From NCBI GenBank assembly GCA_963676615.1, contig OY781092.1:576001-640000 (forward strand): 64,000 bases of DNA. The letters are read 5' to 3'. Shown in pieces: positions 1 through 9,733 of this stretch; position 1 is the first letter of the stretch, and each line of letters starts with the position of its first letter. The DNA is from Candidatus Cloacimonadota bacterium (GTDB taxonomy: Bacteria > Cloacimonadota > Cloacimonadia > G963667145). The translations under genes and the position numbers were made by a program. The notes below the pieces were generated by a model. The model did not search any database. It worked only from the letters and a program-made list of their open reading frames with translations, and was not told the origin of the DNA.

Positions 1-117
1 GAGTTAACTCCTCGATAATCCGCCCGAAAAGTGTGACGAGCCAAATGCTTCTCGAGTTGGCTTCTCAAAAATAGTTGCCAAAAAATGTGGTAGCAAGATA
101 GTTTTTGGAAATTTGAG

Positions 118-1791
118 ATGAGCGTGAACATCGATTGCGATTTTTTGGTTGTCGGTTCTGGAATTGCGGGGCTGATGACCGCTTTGCATCTAGCCAAAAA
201 TCCACAAAATTCTATCGTTTTAATCTCAAAAAACGGCTTTGAAAAAAACAACTCTTACTACGCTCAAGGCGGCATTGCGGCGGTTGACTCTGCGCGCGTT
301 TCTTTGCAGCTGGACGATTATCAGGCGCATATTCAGGATACCTGCAAATCTGGCGACGGATTGTGTAACGAAAAGGTCGTGTCCAAATGCATCAAGGGAT
401 TTTACGACTCGGCGATAAAGTCTTTGCTGGATTTGGGAGTCGATTTTAGCAGCGAGGAAAGCGGTGATTTTGTTTTGCATCAAGAGGGCGGACACAGCAG
501 CGAGCGCATCTATTGCGTGGACGATCACACGGGGCGAAACATCGTGCAGACGCTTTTGCGCAAGGTCAGTCAGGCGAAAAATATCGCCAGTTTGGACTAC
601 CATATGGCGATCAATCTCATCACGCAAAATTATCTTTTGGCGAGCACAAATTTCAAGGATAAATGTTTGGGGGCGTATGTGCTGGATGTTGCCACGAACA
701 AAGTGCGGACAATCAGGGCGAAAAAAACCATTTTGGCAACTGGGGGTGCGGGCAAAGTTTTTAAATACACGAGCAATCCAGTGGTGGCAACGGGTGACGG
801 CGTTGCTATGGCTTATCGAGCTGGCGCCAGAATCGCGAATATGGAGTTCGTGCAGTTTCATCCTACGGTGCTGTATCAGCCAAATATCGAGATCAAGGAG
901 CGGAGATTTTTGATAACCGAAGCTTTGCGTGGTGAGAATTTGGGCGGTATCCTGACCTTGAGCAGAGACAGCAAAGAAGATTTTGTTTTGGAGTTTGACG
1001 AAAGAGGCTCGCACGCTACCCGAGATGTTGTTTCACGAGCTATCGATACGAAAATCAAGGAGTTAGGCTTGCAAAATGTCTGGTTAAATCTGACTACGGA
1101 GATTACGGGCAAAGACAAGCAATTTTTTCAAAAGCATTATCCGAATATTTACAAAAAGTGCGCTGAAAACGGCTATTTTTTGGAAGAAAATCCGATACCA
1201 GTTGTGCCGGCGGCGCATTATATTTGCGGCGGTGTGATGGTTGACGAGAATGGGCTTAGCGACATTTGCAATTTGTATGTGGTCGGCGAATCTGCTTACA
1301 CGGGGCTTATGGGTGCAAATCGACTTGCCTCCAACTCTTTGCCCGAAGGTTGCTATTACGCGATGAGAGCCGCCAAGCACGCACAAAAAAGCAAAAATAT
1401 CGATGTTTCGGGTCTGGAAATTCCAGATTGGCAGACGGTTGAAGAGAGCAAAAAAGTTGATAAAGCGACGATAAATCAGTTTTGGGACATCACCAGGGAA
1501 GTGATGACCAATCTTTGCGGGATTGAGCGGAACAATCAAAGGCTGTATTTGGCGGCGAAAACTACTGACTCTTTGGCTTTGGCGGCGCACGATATTTACA
1601 AGAAATTTCCCGCTTCTTTGCAAACTCTGGAGCTGCGAAATTTGACTTTGGTGGCACGGATGATAGCGCTTTGTGCCTTGTCTCGCAAGGAGTCGCGAGG
1701 TTGTCATTATAGAGAAGATTATCCGCAAAAAGACGAAAAATTTCGGATGCCAACGATTATCAAAAAAGATATTTTTCACGAATTTAAGTAA
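118..1791 (+). CDS. nadB: L-aspartate oxidase
   Basis: GSGIAG FAD motif, YAQGGIAAV, EGGHS, QFHPT, PAAHYICGG, GANRLASNSL, ESRGCHYR; followed by nadA and nadC. Confidence 0.95.
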   Translation: MSVNIDCDFLVVGSGIAGLMTALHLAKNPQNSIVLISKNGFEKNNSYYAQGGIAAVDSARVSLQLDDYQAHIQDTCKSGDGLCNEKVVSKCIKGFYDSAIKSLLDLGVDFSSEESGDFVLHQEGGHSSERIYCVDDHTGRNIVQTLLRKVSQAKNIASLDYHMAINLITQNYLLASTNFKDKCLGAYVLDVATNKVRTIRAKKTILATGGAGKVFKYTSNPVVATGDGVAMAYRAGARIANMEFVQFHPTVLYQPNIEIKERRFLITEALRGENLGGILTLSRDSKEDFVLEFDERGSHATRDVVSRAIDTKIKELGLQNVWLNLTTEITGKDKQFFQKHYPNIYKKCAENGYFLEENPIPVVPAAHYICGGVMVDENGLSDICNLYVVGESAYTGLMGANRLASNSLPEGCYYAMRAAKHAQKSKNIDVSGLEIPDWQTVEESKKVDKATINQFWDITREVMTNLCGIERNNQRLYLAAKTTDSLALAAHDIYKKFPASLQTLELRNLTLVARMIALCALSRKESRGCHYREDYPQKDEKFRMPTIIKKDIFHEFK

Positions 1792-1806
1792 GAAAAAGAG
1801 AAAATT

Positions 1807-2706
1807 ATGTCGATTTTAGAAGATATTAAACGCCTTAAAAAAGAGAAAAACGCTGTGGTTTTGGCACACAATTATCAGCCTGCTGAAATTTATCAAGTGG
1901 CTGATTTTGTAGGAGATAGCCTCGAGCTTGCCAAAAAAGCCAAAGAGGTTGAAGCTGAAATTATCGTGTTTTGCGGTGTAAAGTTTATGGCAGAAACAGC
2001 AAAGATTTTGAATCCAAAGAAAAAAGTTCTTTTGGCGGCAAAAAATGCAGGTTGCAAAATGGCGGATATGATTGATGCGGAGAAAGTTAGGCAAGCCAAG
2101 CAGGAGCATCCTCAAGCGGCTGTGGCGTGCTATGTGAACACGACCGCGCAGACCAAAACGGAATGTGATGTTTGTGTGACCAGCGCCAATGCGGTGAAGG
2201 TGATAAATTCGATGCCGCAGGAGCAGATAATTTTTGTTCCCGATAAAAATTTGGGCAGTTTTGTGGCGAAAAATTGTCGCAAGCAGATTATTTTGGTGGA
2301 CGGATTTTGCTATGTTCACAACGATATTTCGGTTGAGGATGTGCAAAAAGCTCGGGCGCTTTATCTAGATGCGCCGATTATGATTCATCCCGAATCGCCG
2401 CGGCAAGTGGTGGATTTGTGCGATTTTGTTTGCTCGACCTCGCAGATGATTTCGGTGGCAAAATCTAGTAGAGCAAGCACGATTGTGGTCGGCACCGAGA
2501 TTGGAATGCTGGCGATGTTGGAGCGAGAAGTTCCCACGAAAAAGTTCGTTCCGCTGAAAAAAAACGCCATTTGTGAAGATATGAAGTTGACAGAGTTGCA
2601 AATGGTCAAAAATTGTTTGGAAAACGAAGAGAATGAAATTGTTCTTGATCAAGGCGTTATCGAGAAGGCGAGAGTTTGTATCGATAAAATGTTGATTTTG
2701 AGTTAG
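1807..2706 (+). CDS. nadA: Quinolinate synthase
   Basis: LAHNYQ, GDSLELA, FCGVKFMAETAKILNP, AGCKMA, YVNT, HPES motifs. Confidence 0.96.
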   Translation: MSILEDIKRLKKEKNAVVLAHNYQPAEIYQVADFVGDSLELAKKAKEVEAEIIVFCGVKFMAETAKILNPKKKVLLAAKNAGCKMADMIDAEKVRQAKQEHPQAAVACYVNTTAQTKTECDVCVTSANAVKVINSMPQEQIIFVPDKNLGSFVAKNCRKQIILVDGFCYVHNDISVEDVQKARALYLDAPIMIHPESPRQVVDLCDFVCSTSQMISVAKSSRASTIVVGTEIGMLAMLEREVPTKKFVPLKKNAICEDMKLTELQMVKNCLENEENEIVLDQGVIEKARVCIDKMLILS

Positions 2707-2721
2707 TTACGAGAGATTTTA

Positions 2722-3657
2722 ATGAATAAGAAACAGGCGGTTGAAGAGGTTTACCAAAAAGGTAAGCTTTTGAGTTTTGAAAATCCAGAATATTTTCGTC
2801 AGGTTGGCGATTTTATTTCCACGGCTTTGCGAGAAGATGTTGGCGAGGGCGATGTCACTACGCAGACGGTGATTCCTGCCGATTTGGAGATGCGAGCGGT
2901 CATCAACAGTAAAGAAAAGGGCGTTTTTTGTGGGCAGCAAGAGCTAAAATTTTTGTATAAGTCGCAAAATGTTCGCTTGAAATTTTTGGTTGACGATGGT
3001 CAGGAGATAGCTTGCGGGCAGCGTCTTGTAGAGCTTGCGGGGCCTGTGCAATCTTTGTTGACGCTGGAGCGAGTTGGTCTGAATATCGTTCGCAGAATGT
3101 CTGGAATTGCTACTGCCACAAGGGCTTACGCTCAGCTTTTGCAAGGTTCGGGAGCGAAAATTGCTGCCACACGCAAAGTTGTGACCTGCGAGTTGATGGA
3201 AAAAAGAGCGGTCTATGTTGGCGGCGGTCTCACGCATCGGCTCGGCTTGGACAAGCACATTATGATCAAAGATTGTCATTTGGATATTATTCGGAAATTT
3301 CAGGGTAGTCAGGCGATTAAGTCGGTGATTAGTGCTTGTGAAGGCGTAAAAGTCCCTGTTGAGATAGAGGTTGAAACTTTGGAAGATGGTCTAGTGGCAG
3401 CGCAAAATTTCGCCGATAGTCGCTACTCGGGCGTTCCAATAATTATGCTGGATAATATGACACCGTCGCAAATTGCGGCTTTTTGTCAGATGCTCACGCA
3501 GAAAAAATTGCTGGGAAAGGTTCTACTGGAGGCTTCGGGCGGCATCACTTTGAACAATCTTGCCGAGTATGGAGCCTCAGGCGTGGATGTTGTGTCAACT
3601 TCCGCTATAACCGAAGGCGCTAGCAGCTTGGACTTACACCAAAAAATGGAGGATTAG
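2722..3657 (+). CDS. nadC: Nicotinate-nucleotide diphosphorylase (quinolinate phosphoribosyltransferase)
   Basis: ALREDVGEGDVTT, RMSGIAT, ATRK, HRLGL, IMIKDCH, EIEVE, MLDN, EASGGI. Confidence 0.95.
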   Translation: MNKKQAVEEVYQKGKLLSFENPEYFRQVGDFISTALREDVGEGDVTTQTVIPADLEMRAVINSKEKGVFCGQQELKFLYKSQNVRLKFLVDDGQEIACGQRLVELAGPVQSLLTLERVGLNIVRRMSGIATATRAYAQLLQGSGAKIAATRKVVTCELMEKRAVYVGGGLTHRLGLDKHIMIKDCHLDIIRKFQGSQAIKSVISACEGVKVPVEIEVETLEDGLVAAQNFADSRYSGVPIIMLDNMTPSQIAAFCQMLTQKKLLGKVLLEASGGITLNNLAEYGASGVDVVSTSAITEGASSLDLHQKMED

Positions 3658-3660
3658 TGG

Positions 3661-3678
3661 GGGAAGGTTTAACTTTTC
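3661..3678. terminator. Possible hairpin between convergent nadC and hsp20
   Basis: GGGAAGGTT-T-AACTTTTCC imperfect inverted repeat in the 26-nt gap between convergent stops. Confidence 0.35.
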
Positions 3679-3683
3679 CGACC

Positions 3684-4100
3684 TCACCCAATCTCGACCT
3701 CTTGCTCTTCTTTTGCTTTTAATTTTTGCACGACGATTTGCAAAACGCCGTTTTCCATTTTGGCTGTGATGGCAGAGATGTCGGCGTCTTGTGGCAAGTT
3801 TATCGTCCGCCTTATTTTTTCCTCGCCGCTCTCTTTGTAAAAAAAGCTTCCTTCTTCTTCGGAACTTTTTTCTTGTTTTTCAGCTGTCACGACCAAATAA
3901 TCGTTTGACTTTTTGATTTTAATATCGCTTTTGGAAAATCCCGCAAGAGCCAGCTTTATCAGGTAGTTATCGCCTTTGTCAATAATGTCTAAGGGAGCTT
4001 GATTGGCAAAACCAAATGGGTTTTGCACGCCGTCTGAGACCGCTTTTGCGATTGTGTTGAACACAGAAAAAATTGGGAAAAAATCGTTACTATTTTTCAT
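3684..4100 (-). CDS. Small heat-shock protein (Hsp20/alpha-crystallin)
   Basis: PLDII...LAGFSKSDIKI...RTINLP...ITAKMENGVLQI; start placed at ATG 4100, preceded by GGAG. Confidence 0.92.
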   Translation of the reverse strand: MKNSNDFFPIFSVFNTIAKAVSDGVQNPFGFANQAPLDIIDKGDNYLIKLALAGFSKSDIKIKKSNDYLVVTAEKQEKSSEEEGSFFYKESGEEKIRRTINLPQDADISAITAKMENGVLQIVVQKLKAKEEQEVEIG

Positions 4101-4186
4101 ATTTGCTCCTTTTTTGATTATCAAATTACATCTTAAAATTTTTGTTTTGCACAGTTTGTGTCAAGCGAAAAGCGGGTTGTTTTTAG

Positions 4187-6184
4187 CTATAGCCAGATTT
4201 TTTCTTGCTCTTCTGCCTGAGAATAGAGCATCTCTTCGCCCAAAATAATTGTCGCTTTTTGATTTTCCGCCAGCTGTAACAGCTTCGTTTTTCGGGGATG
4301 ATAGACGATGTCCATCACAAATTGACCAGCTTTGAATTTGGTCAGCAAACTTTTTTCTTCGTTCATTCCGACTTTGGTCGCGTTGATTATGACATCAAAT
4401 TCTGTGCTTGATTTTTGAGCGGTTTCGATGTCAATTGATGAGAAGTCGCCAATTTTCAAAAGCGGTTGGCTTTTTTCTGGATTGCGAGCAGCGACAGTCA
4501 CTAGCGCTTTTTCGCGGATTAAACCGAAAAAAATCGCTTTGGCGGCTCCTCCGTTTCCTAGCAGCAGCACTTTTTTCCCAGCGAGAGAAGTTCGCTGCAG
4601 AAGCGGCTCGATGCCCCCAAGCCAGTCTGTGTTGTAGCCTAGCAGCTTTCCGGTTTTGCTGTGAATTGTGTTGATTGCCTTAATTTTGCAGGCGGTAGAG
4701 TCTATGGAGTCCACAAGCTGAAAAACGCTTTGTTTGTGTGGCATCGTCACGGCAAGACCGCTCCAGCCGTAAGTTCGGAAATTTTGCAAAAAATTTTTGA
4801 GCTCGCTTTCTGAGTCTATCGGAAAATTGACAAAGCAAGCGTCCACATTTTTGCGAACAAATTGCTTGTTGTGATAAAATCTGGAAAAACTTTTGCCGAT
4901 ATTTTGACCGATAAGCCCATAAATGGCGGTATCTGAGCCGATTTTGTGGATATTGTAAAGATTGTGCAAACTCTCGATGTCGATTTGCCCAGGAGCGACG
5001 GCGCTTTTTTCTAGGGTAAAAGAGTAGGTGAACAGTGAGCCGTATTTGAGGGACAAAATTCGCGAAAACTCGCCTTTTTCGCCCATGCCAAAGGCGATAA
5101 GGTTGCCGTGTTTTTTCAGCAAATCGAAGAGCAAAAAGTTGTCGTTGATGTCGTTTATCATCGTGGCAATTTTGATGCAGAAAGGGGAGAAGCGTTGCAT
5201 TTTTTGGGCGATTTCGTCTAAATTTTGGGGAGTTGAGTAGAAATTGTGATACGAGACGATTATTTTGGATTTTATCTTCGCGAAGTTGATGAACTCGGCG
5301 TTTTCAAGCTCGATGTCGATAAACTCGAAGCCTAGCTTGTCAATTTTGTAAATTGCCTCAGCGTATTTTTCGCCGCCGAGAACGCTTTGACCACCTTGGC
5401 TTTTTGTCCGCAAAGTTGCAATCACATTTTTTTTGTTCCAATTTTTTAGGTTAGTTGGTATTTTTTTCAAAAAATCAAGTCTAAACTCTGCTAAATGCTT
5501 GCATTCCAAAGCGTTGTTGATTTTTTTTTGAGAAGAGTCTAGCTCGTTTTCGTCAACACAAACGCAAACTTTTGGCAAAAAAACTGCCGAAAAAGGTTTT
5601 TTCCAAGTCTGTTGAATCGTTTTGCAGCGCTCCAGCAATTTTTTTGCTTCGTTTTCTAGCTCTTTTACAGTTTTGTCGTTTTTGATTTTGAAGCTGCTTT
5701 TGGTTAGCAGACTGTTATTTTTTTGGGAGTTTATTCGCTCAAGAAATGTTTGGTCTTTCGCCTGTAAACGCTGATTTAATAGGCTTTTTGATGTTGCAAT
5801 CTGCACGATTGAGTCAAAACAGCGGCTAACATCAGCAAAAAAAACGGGCGGAATCTCTACAAAAATTAGGCTGTTTCGACTTTTTTGGATAAGTTTTTCT
5901 AACTCTTCTAAAATTTTTGGGTGAGTGAGATTGTTTAGTTTTTTCAGATTTTTGGGGTCAGAAAAAACCAGCGAGGCGATTTTTTTGCGATCAATTTCGC
6001 CGCTTGGCAAAGTTATTTCCTGCCTAAACTCTTTGGTCAAGGCGTTTTTGAGAGAGGGTAAAATTTGTCGTCCGATTGTGTCGGCGCAGATAACTTGGCA
6101 GCCCAAATTTTGTAAGATATTGCAAAAAGCGGACTTGCCGCTACCGATTGTGCCTGTTATGGCGATGATGGTTTTGTTTTTCAT
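4187..6184 (-). CDS. Triple fusion: dephospho-CoA kinase + type I 3-dehydroquinate dehydratase + shikimate dehydrogenase
   Basis: N-term IAITGTIGSGKS, DRKKIASLVF, LNNLTHPKI (CoaE); middle EFRLDF, IATLRTKSQGG, IDIEL, IVSYHNF, MGEKGEFSR, APGQ (AroD); C-term VTMPHK, AINT, GYNTDW, LGNGGAA, INATKVGM, DIVYHP (AroE); ATG at 6184 overlaps the upstream TGA (ATGA). Confidence 0.88.
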   Translation of the reverse strand: MKNKTIIAITGTIGSGKSAFCNILQNLGCQVICADTIGRQILPSLKNALTKEFRQEITLPSGEIDRKKIASLVFSDPKNLKKLNNLTHPKILEELEKLIQKSRNSLIFVEIPPVFFADVSRCFDSIVQIATSKSLLNQRLQAKDQTFLERINSQKNNSLLTKSSFKIKNDKTVKELENEAKKLLERCKTIQQTWKKPFSAVFLPKVCVCVDENELDSSQKKINNALECKHLAEFRLDFLKKIPTNLKNWNKKNVIATLRTKSQGGQSVLGGEKYAEAIYKIDKLGFEFIDIELENAEFINFAKIKSKIIVSYHNFYSTPQNLDEIAQKMQRFSPFCIKIATMINDINDNFLLFDLLKKHGNLIAFGMGEKGEFSRILSLKYGSLFTYSFTLEKSAVAPGQIDIESLHNLYNIHKIGSDTAIYGLIGQNIGKSFSRFYHNKQFVRKNVDACFVNFPIDSESELKNFLQNFRTYGWSGLAVTMPHKQSVFQLVDSIDSTACKIKAINTIHSKTGKLLGYNTDWLGGIEPLLQRTSLAGKKVLLLGNGGAAKAIFFGLIREKALVTVAARNPEKSQPLLKIGDFSSIDIETAQKSSTEFDVIINATKVGMNEEKSLLTKFKAGQFVMDIVYHPRKTKLLQLAENQKATIILGEEMLYSQAEEQEKIWL

Positions 6185-6537
6185 AAGTGGATTTGGATTT
6201 GTTGGCAAATTTTGTCGAAGTCGAGGAACTTTTTTTGCTTTTCCAATTTTTGCAGAAGTAGGGAGATTTTGCCGATATTTCCGATGATGATGGCGTCGCT
6301 TTTTTCGATTTTTCCGACGACCGCCATCTTGTGCACAGCCACATCGATTCCGATGGCTAAAGCCTCTTGTTTGAGGATGTTCGCACTGCCAGCAGAGATG
6401 CTAGTGAGCAAAATATTTAGCGGAATCATTTTTTTTGCCAGAATTTTTACGCCTTGTTCGCTGCAGCCTAATTTTGCCAAAATTGTTTGGGCGTCCTCGA
6501 GATTTTGAGGCTTGATTTTACTTGATTTGATAGACAA
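6181..6537 (-). CDS. Stand-alone protein resembling the N-terminal extension of long-form dihydropteroate synthase
   Basis: LGCSEQGVKILAKK...ANILKQEALAIGIDVAV...DAIIIG...LLQKLEKQ resembles the FolP N-terminal domain; no pterin-binding barrel follows. Confidence 0.65.
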   Translation of the reverse strand: MSIKSSKIKPQNLEDAQTILAKLGCSEQGVKILAKKMIPLNILLTSISAGSANILKQEALAIGIDVAVHKMAVVGKIEKSDAIIIGNIGKISLLLQKLEKQKKFLDFDKICQQIQIHL

Positions 6538-7216
6538 AAGTGATAAAACCTACTTGATTTTTGTCGGACAAAACGGGATTGAATTTCCATTTGAGCAGCG
6601 ACTCTTTGCTGACTTTTTCCAGAAGCGGATTGGCTCTTTTTACGATGATGATGTTCGATACATCTCCTTGTGGAGAAAGGAGAAAGCGCAATTTGACTTT
6701 GGCGTTTTGCTTGAGCCCTTCTGGGTATTTGGGCAAAATTTTTGTCACTATTTTGCGGCTGGTGACCTCGCCTTCTAGCTGATAATTTTGGTCGCTGTCG
6801 TTTTGTTTGAGCTCGCTTGCGAATTGCGAGAAAAACTCTTGGTCGCTGAGCTGTTTTTCGCTTTGGCTAAGCACAGGCGCAGATGGCTTTGGGTTTAGAT
6901 TGCTGATGGTGTTGCCGATTTTTTCTTGGGCAACGATTTTGTTTTTAGCGACGATTTTTTTGGATGAGCTGTTGATTTTTTTGGATAAAGATTTGCTGAT
7001 GCTTTTGGGAAGGTCGATTTTTTTGGGGACATGGTTGTTTGTGAGCCCTTTTTTTATGCTTTTTTTACCGCTAAATTTCCCAGAATGGACGCCGACAATT
7101 TGGAAAGATTGTGGAACTTTGTGTAGTGGAGTGTCGAAGTAGAGAAACAGGAACAGAGCCACGAGAGACAGATGTAGAGCCAAGGAAATCAGGTAGCTGA
7201 GTCGTTTGTCGTTCAT
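6518..7216 (-). CDS. tonB: TonB-family energy transducer
   Basis: N-terminal TM with SLALH, Lys-rich linker, C-terminal PKYP...VKLRF...G.V...WKFNP; next to exbBD. Confidence 0.88.
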   Translation of the reverse strand: MNDKRLSYLISLALHLSLVALFLFLYFDTPLHKVPQSFQIVGVHSGKFSGKKSIKKGLTNNHVPKKIDLPKSISKSLSKKINSSSKKIVAKNKIVAQEKIGNTISNLNPKPSAPVLSQSEKQLSDQEFFSQFASELKQNDSDQNYQLEGEVTSRKIVTKILPKYPEGLKQNAKVKLRFLLSPQGDVSNIIIVKRANPLLEKVSKESLLKWKFNPVLSDKNQVGFITFVYQIK

Positions 7217-7231
7217 AATTTTGGTTTAGGT

Positions 7232-7636
7232 TTAGTTTGAGCCGATGTTGCGCGTGGCGAGGCTGAATTTGGTCGCGCCCGAGAGTTTGGCGACATCCAT
7301 CACTTGCACAATGCGCTGAAAGGCAAGGTTTTTGTCCGCTTGCACAACGACGACTTTTTGCGAGTAATCTTTTTCGATTTTTTCCCGAAGAAGACCTGGC
7401 AGATCGTCCAAATCGATTTTGTGCTGGTCGAGATAGACCTGCCCGTTTTGGTTGATGCTGATGAAGATGTTGTCGGTGTAGTCGCTTTGGGTGCTGGAGG
7501 CATCAGGCAGGTTGACTTTGATGCCCGAGTAGGTGACGAAGCTGGAGGAGACCAAAATGAAAATCAGCAAAAGCATTATGATGTCGGTGAACGAGATGAG
7601 TGCCACGGAGGTGATTCTTTTTTTCTTGAGAGCCAT
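7232..7636 (-). CDS. exbD: Biopolymer transport protein ExbD/TolR
   Basis: SFTDIIMLLLIF, IKVNLP, VVQADK, VMD. Confidence 0.92.
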   Translation of the reverse strand: MALKKKRITSVALISFTDIIMLLLIFILVSSSFVTYSGIKVNLPDASSTQSDYTDNIFISINQNGQVYLDQHKIDLDDLPGLLREKIEKDYSQKVVVVQADKNLAFQRIVQVMDVAKLSGATKFSLATRNIGSN

Positions 7637-7642
7637 TTGAGT

Positions 7643-8248
7643 CTAAAACTCCCCGATTATTTGGTTGGCTTTTTCTTGCAGATCGACGGCTTCGTAGTCG
7701 ATTTTGTCCAAAAGTAGGTTGTAGAAGCTGAGCGCTAAAATGCCGACGACAAGTCCTGCGACGGTGGTTATTAGCGCTTCCCAAATTCCGCCTGCCAAAA
7801 GGGCGATGTCCACGCCGCCTGCGGTTTGTTGGATTTTCATAAAAACTTTGATCATTCCCAAAACTGTGCCCATAAAGCCGAAAAGCGGTCCGACGGCAGC
7901 AACCGTGGAAAGCGTGCCTAAGCCTTTTTCCATCAGGTGCAACTCTTTTTCCGTGCTGGAGGAGATGGTGTGCTCTAGGTGCTCTTGGCTGGCGTCTTTT
8001 GCCTTGAGGATGCTTGCGTAAACTCGTGCAATGGGTATCGTGTCAACGGCTTGGCAGAGCTGCTTAGCGCGTTGGATGTCTTTCTCTTGAGTCGCTTTTT
8101 CAAATTCGAGCAAAAAATCTTTTTTCTCCCGTTTCATTTTCATTAAGTTCAAAAATTTTTCGATGATAATGGCAAACGCCAAAATTGACAAAGCCGCGAG
8201 GATTATCATCATATATCCGCCTTTTACGGCGATAGCAAAATAACTCAT
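7643..8248 (-). CDS. exbB: MotA/TolQ/ExbB proton channel
   Basis: GPLFGFMGTVLGMI, LAGGIWEALITTVAGL. Confidence 0.93.
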   Translation of the reverse strand: MSYFAIAVKGGYMMIILAALSILAFAIIIEKFLNLMKMKREKKDFLLEFEKATQEKDIQRAKQLCQAVDTIPIARVYASILKAKDASQEHLEHTISSSTEKELHLMEKGLGTLSTVAAVGPLFGFMGTVLGMIKVFMKIQQTAGGVDIALLAGGIWEALITTVAGLVVGILALSFYNLLLDKIDYEAVDLQEKANQIIGEF

Positions 8249-8269
8249 TGTTTCTCCTTAAATTTTGGT

Positions 8270-9733
8270 TTATTTATCAAAAATGGCGGTGATGCTTTCG
8301 TCTGGCGTTTTTCCGAATATGGAAACGAAAAATATTACCAAACTGGCGATGACGAACCCAGGCAAAAGTTCGTAAAGGTCGAATATGCCGCCGCTGAGCC
8401 AGTTTTTCCAGACGATGATGGTGATGCCGCCGCAGACCATTCCGCAGATTGCCGCAAAGCTGGTTGTTCTTTTCCAAAAGAGGCTGAAGAGGATGACTGG
8501 TCCGAAAGCTGCGCCGAAGCCAGCCCAAGCGTAGGAGACCAAATCAAGCACGGACGAGTTTTGGTCGGACGCCAAATATCCTGCCAAAATAGCGACCGCC
8601 ACGACGGTGAGTCTGCTGACATAGACCAGCTCTTTTTCGCTTATTTCGCGTCGGATGAAAAATTTGTAAAAATCTTCGGTGAAAGATGAGGCGACCACGA
8701 TCAGTTGCGAGTCGGCGGTGCTCATTACTGCCGCCAAAATTGCCGCAAGCATAACGCCAGCAACCAGCGGATGAAAAAACACATCTATCAGAAGCATAAA
8801 AACTTTTTCGGGATCGAAGCCAGCAGGAACGCCAGCGATGCTGGTGTAGGCGTAGCCGATGAGCCCTAAGAGGATGGCGGCGAACAAGCAAATCGCAGTC
8901 CAGCTGACGGCAATTAGTCTGGCTGGTCGAATGTCTTCTTCGGATTTTATGCCCATAAAGCGAGTGAGGATGTGTGGTTGCCCGAAATATCCGAGCCCCC
9001 AAGCCATCGAAGAGAGGATTGTCAAGATGCCGACTTTTTCACCAGTGCCAAAAATGCTGAAAAGATGAAGGTGGTTTTGGACGATAGATGGGTTGCTGCT
9101 CAGAAGTTTGTATCCAAAAACGCAGACGAAGCAGATGGCGAAAAACATTAAAAGTCCTTGGAAAAAATCTGTCCACGAAACGGCGAGGAATCCGCCCAAA
9201 AAGGTGTAGCTGATGATGACGACCACTGCAATTAGCAGCGAGTAGTGATAGGAGATGTTGAACACCGTGGTGAAAAGTTTTGCGCCAGCGACAAAGCCAG
9301 AGGCGGTGTAGAAGATGAAAAAGATAATGATGAACGCGCCCGAAAGGAAACGAAGCACTTTGGTCTTGTCTTGAAATCTAACTTCTAAATATTCTGAGAT
9401 TGTCAGGGAATTGTCGGCTTTTTCGGTGAAGCGACGGAGTTTTTTGGCAACGAAGAGCCAGTTGCACCAAGTGCCAAGGGCAAGTCCAAGCGCCATCCAA
9501 AAGGCGCTGCCCAGTCCGAAGCTATAGACCGCTCCAGGCAGCCCCATCAAGAGCCAGCCGCTCATATCCGATGCGCATGCCGAGAGGGCTCCAACCCAAG
9601 GTCCAAGGCTTCTGCCGCCCAATACATAGTCGGACAAACTGGCGGTTTTTCGATAAAAATGCAAGCCGATAAGCAGCATCGCCACAAAATAAAGCGTGAA
9701 AGTAAAGTAAATGCTTCCGTTGTTTGTGAACAT
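8270..9733 (-). CDS. putP: Sodium/proline symporter
   Basis: DYVLGGRSLGPWV, ASDMSGWLLMGLPG, GGFLAVSWTD, GYFGQPHIL, MSTADSQL, YAWAGFGAAFGP. Confidence 0.95.
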   Translation of the reverse strand: MFTNNGSIYFTFTLYFVAMLLIGLHFYRKTASLSDYVLGGRSLGPWVGALSACASDMSGWLLMGLPGAVYSFGLGSAFWMALGLALGTWCNWLFVAKKLRRFTEKADNSLTISEYLEVRFQDKTKVLRFLSGAFIIIFFIFYTASGFVAGAKLFTTVFNISYHYSLLIAVVVIISYTFLGGFLAVSWTDFFQGLLMFFAICFVCVFGYKLLSSNPSIVQNHLHLFSIFGTGEKVGILTILSSMAWGLGYFGQPHILTRFMGIKSEEDIRPARLIAVSWTAICLFAAILLGLIGYAYTSIAGVPAGFDPEKVFMLLIDVFFHPLVAGVMLAAILAAVMSTADSQLIVVASSFTEDFYKFFIRREISEKELVYVSRLTVVAVAILAGYLASDQNSSVLDLVSYAWAGFGAAFGPVILFSLFWKRTTSFAAICGMVCGGITIIVWKNWLSGGIFDLYELLPGFVIASLVIFFVSIFGKTPDESITAIFDK

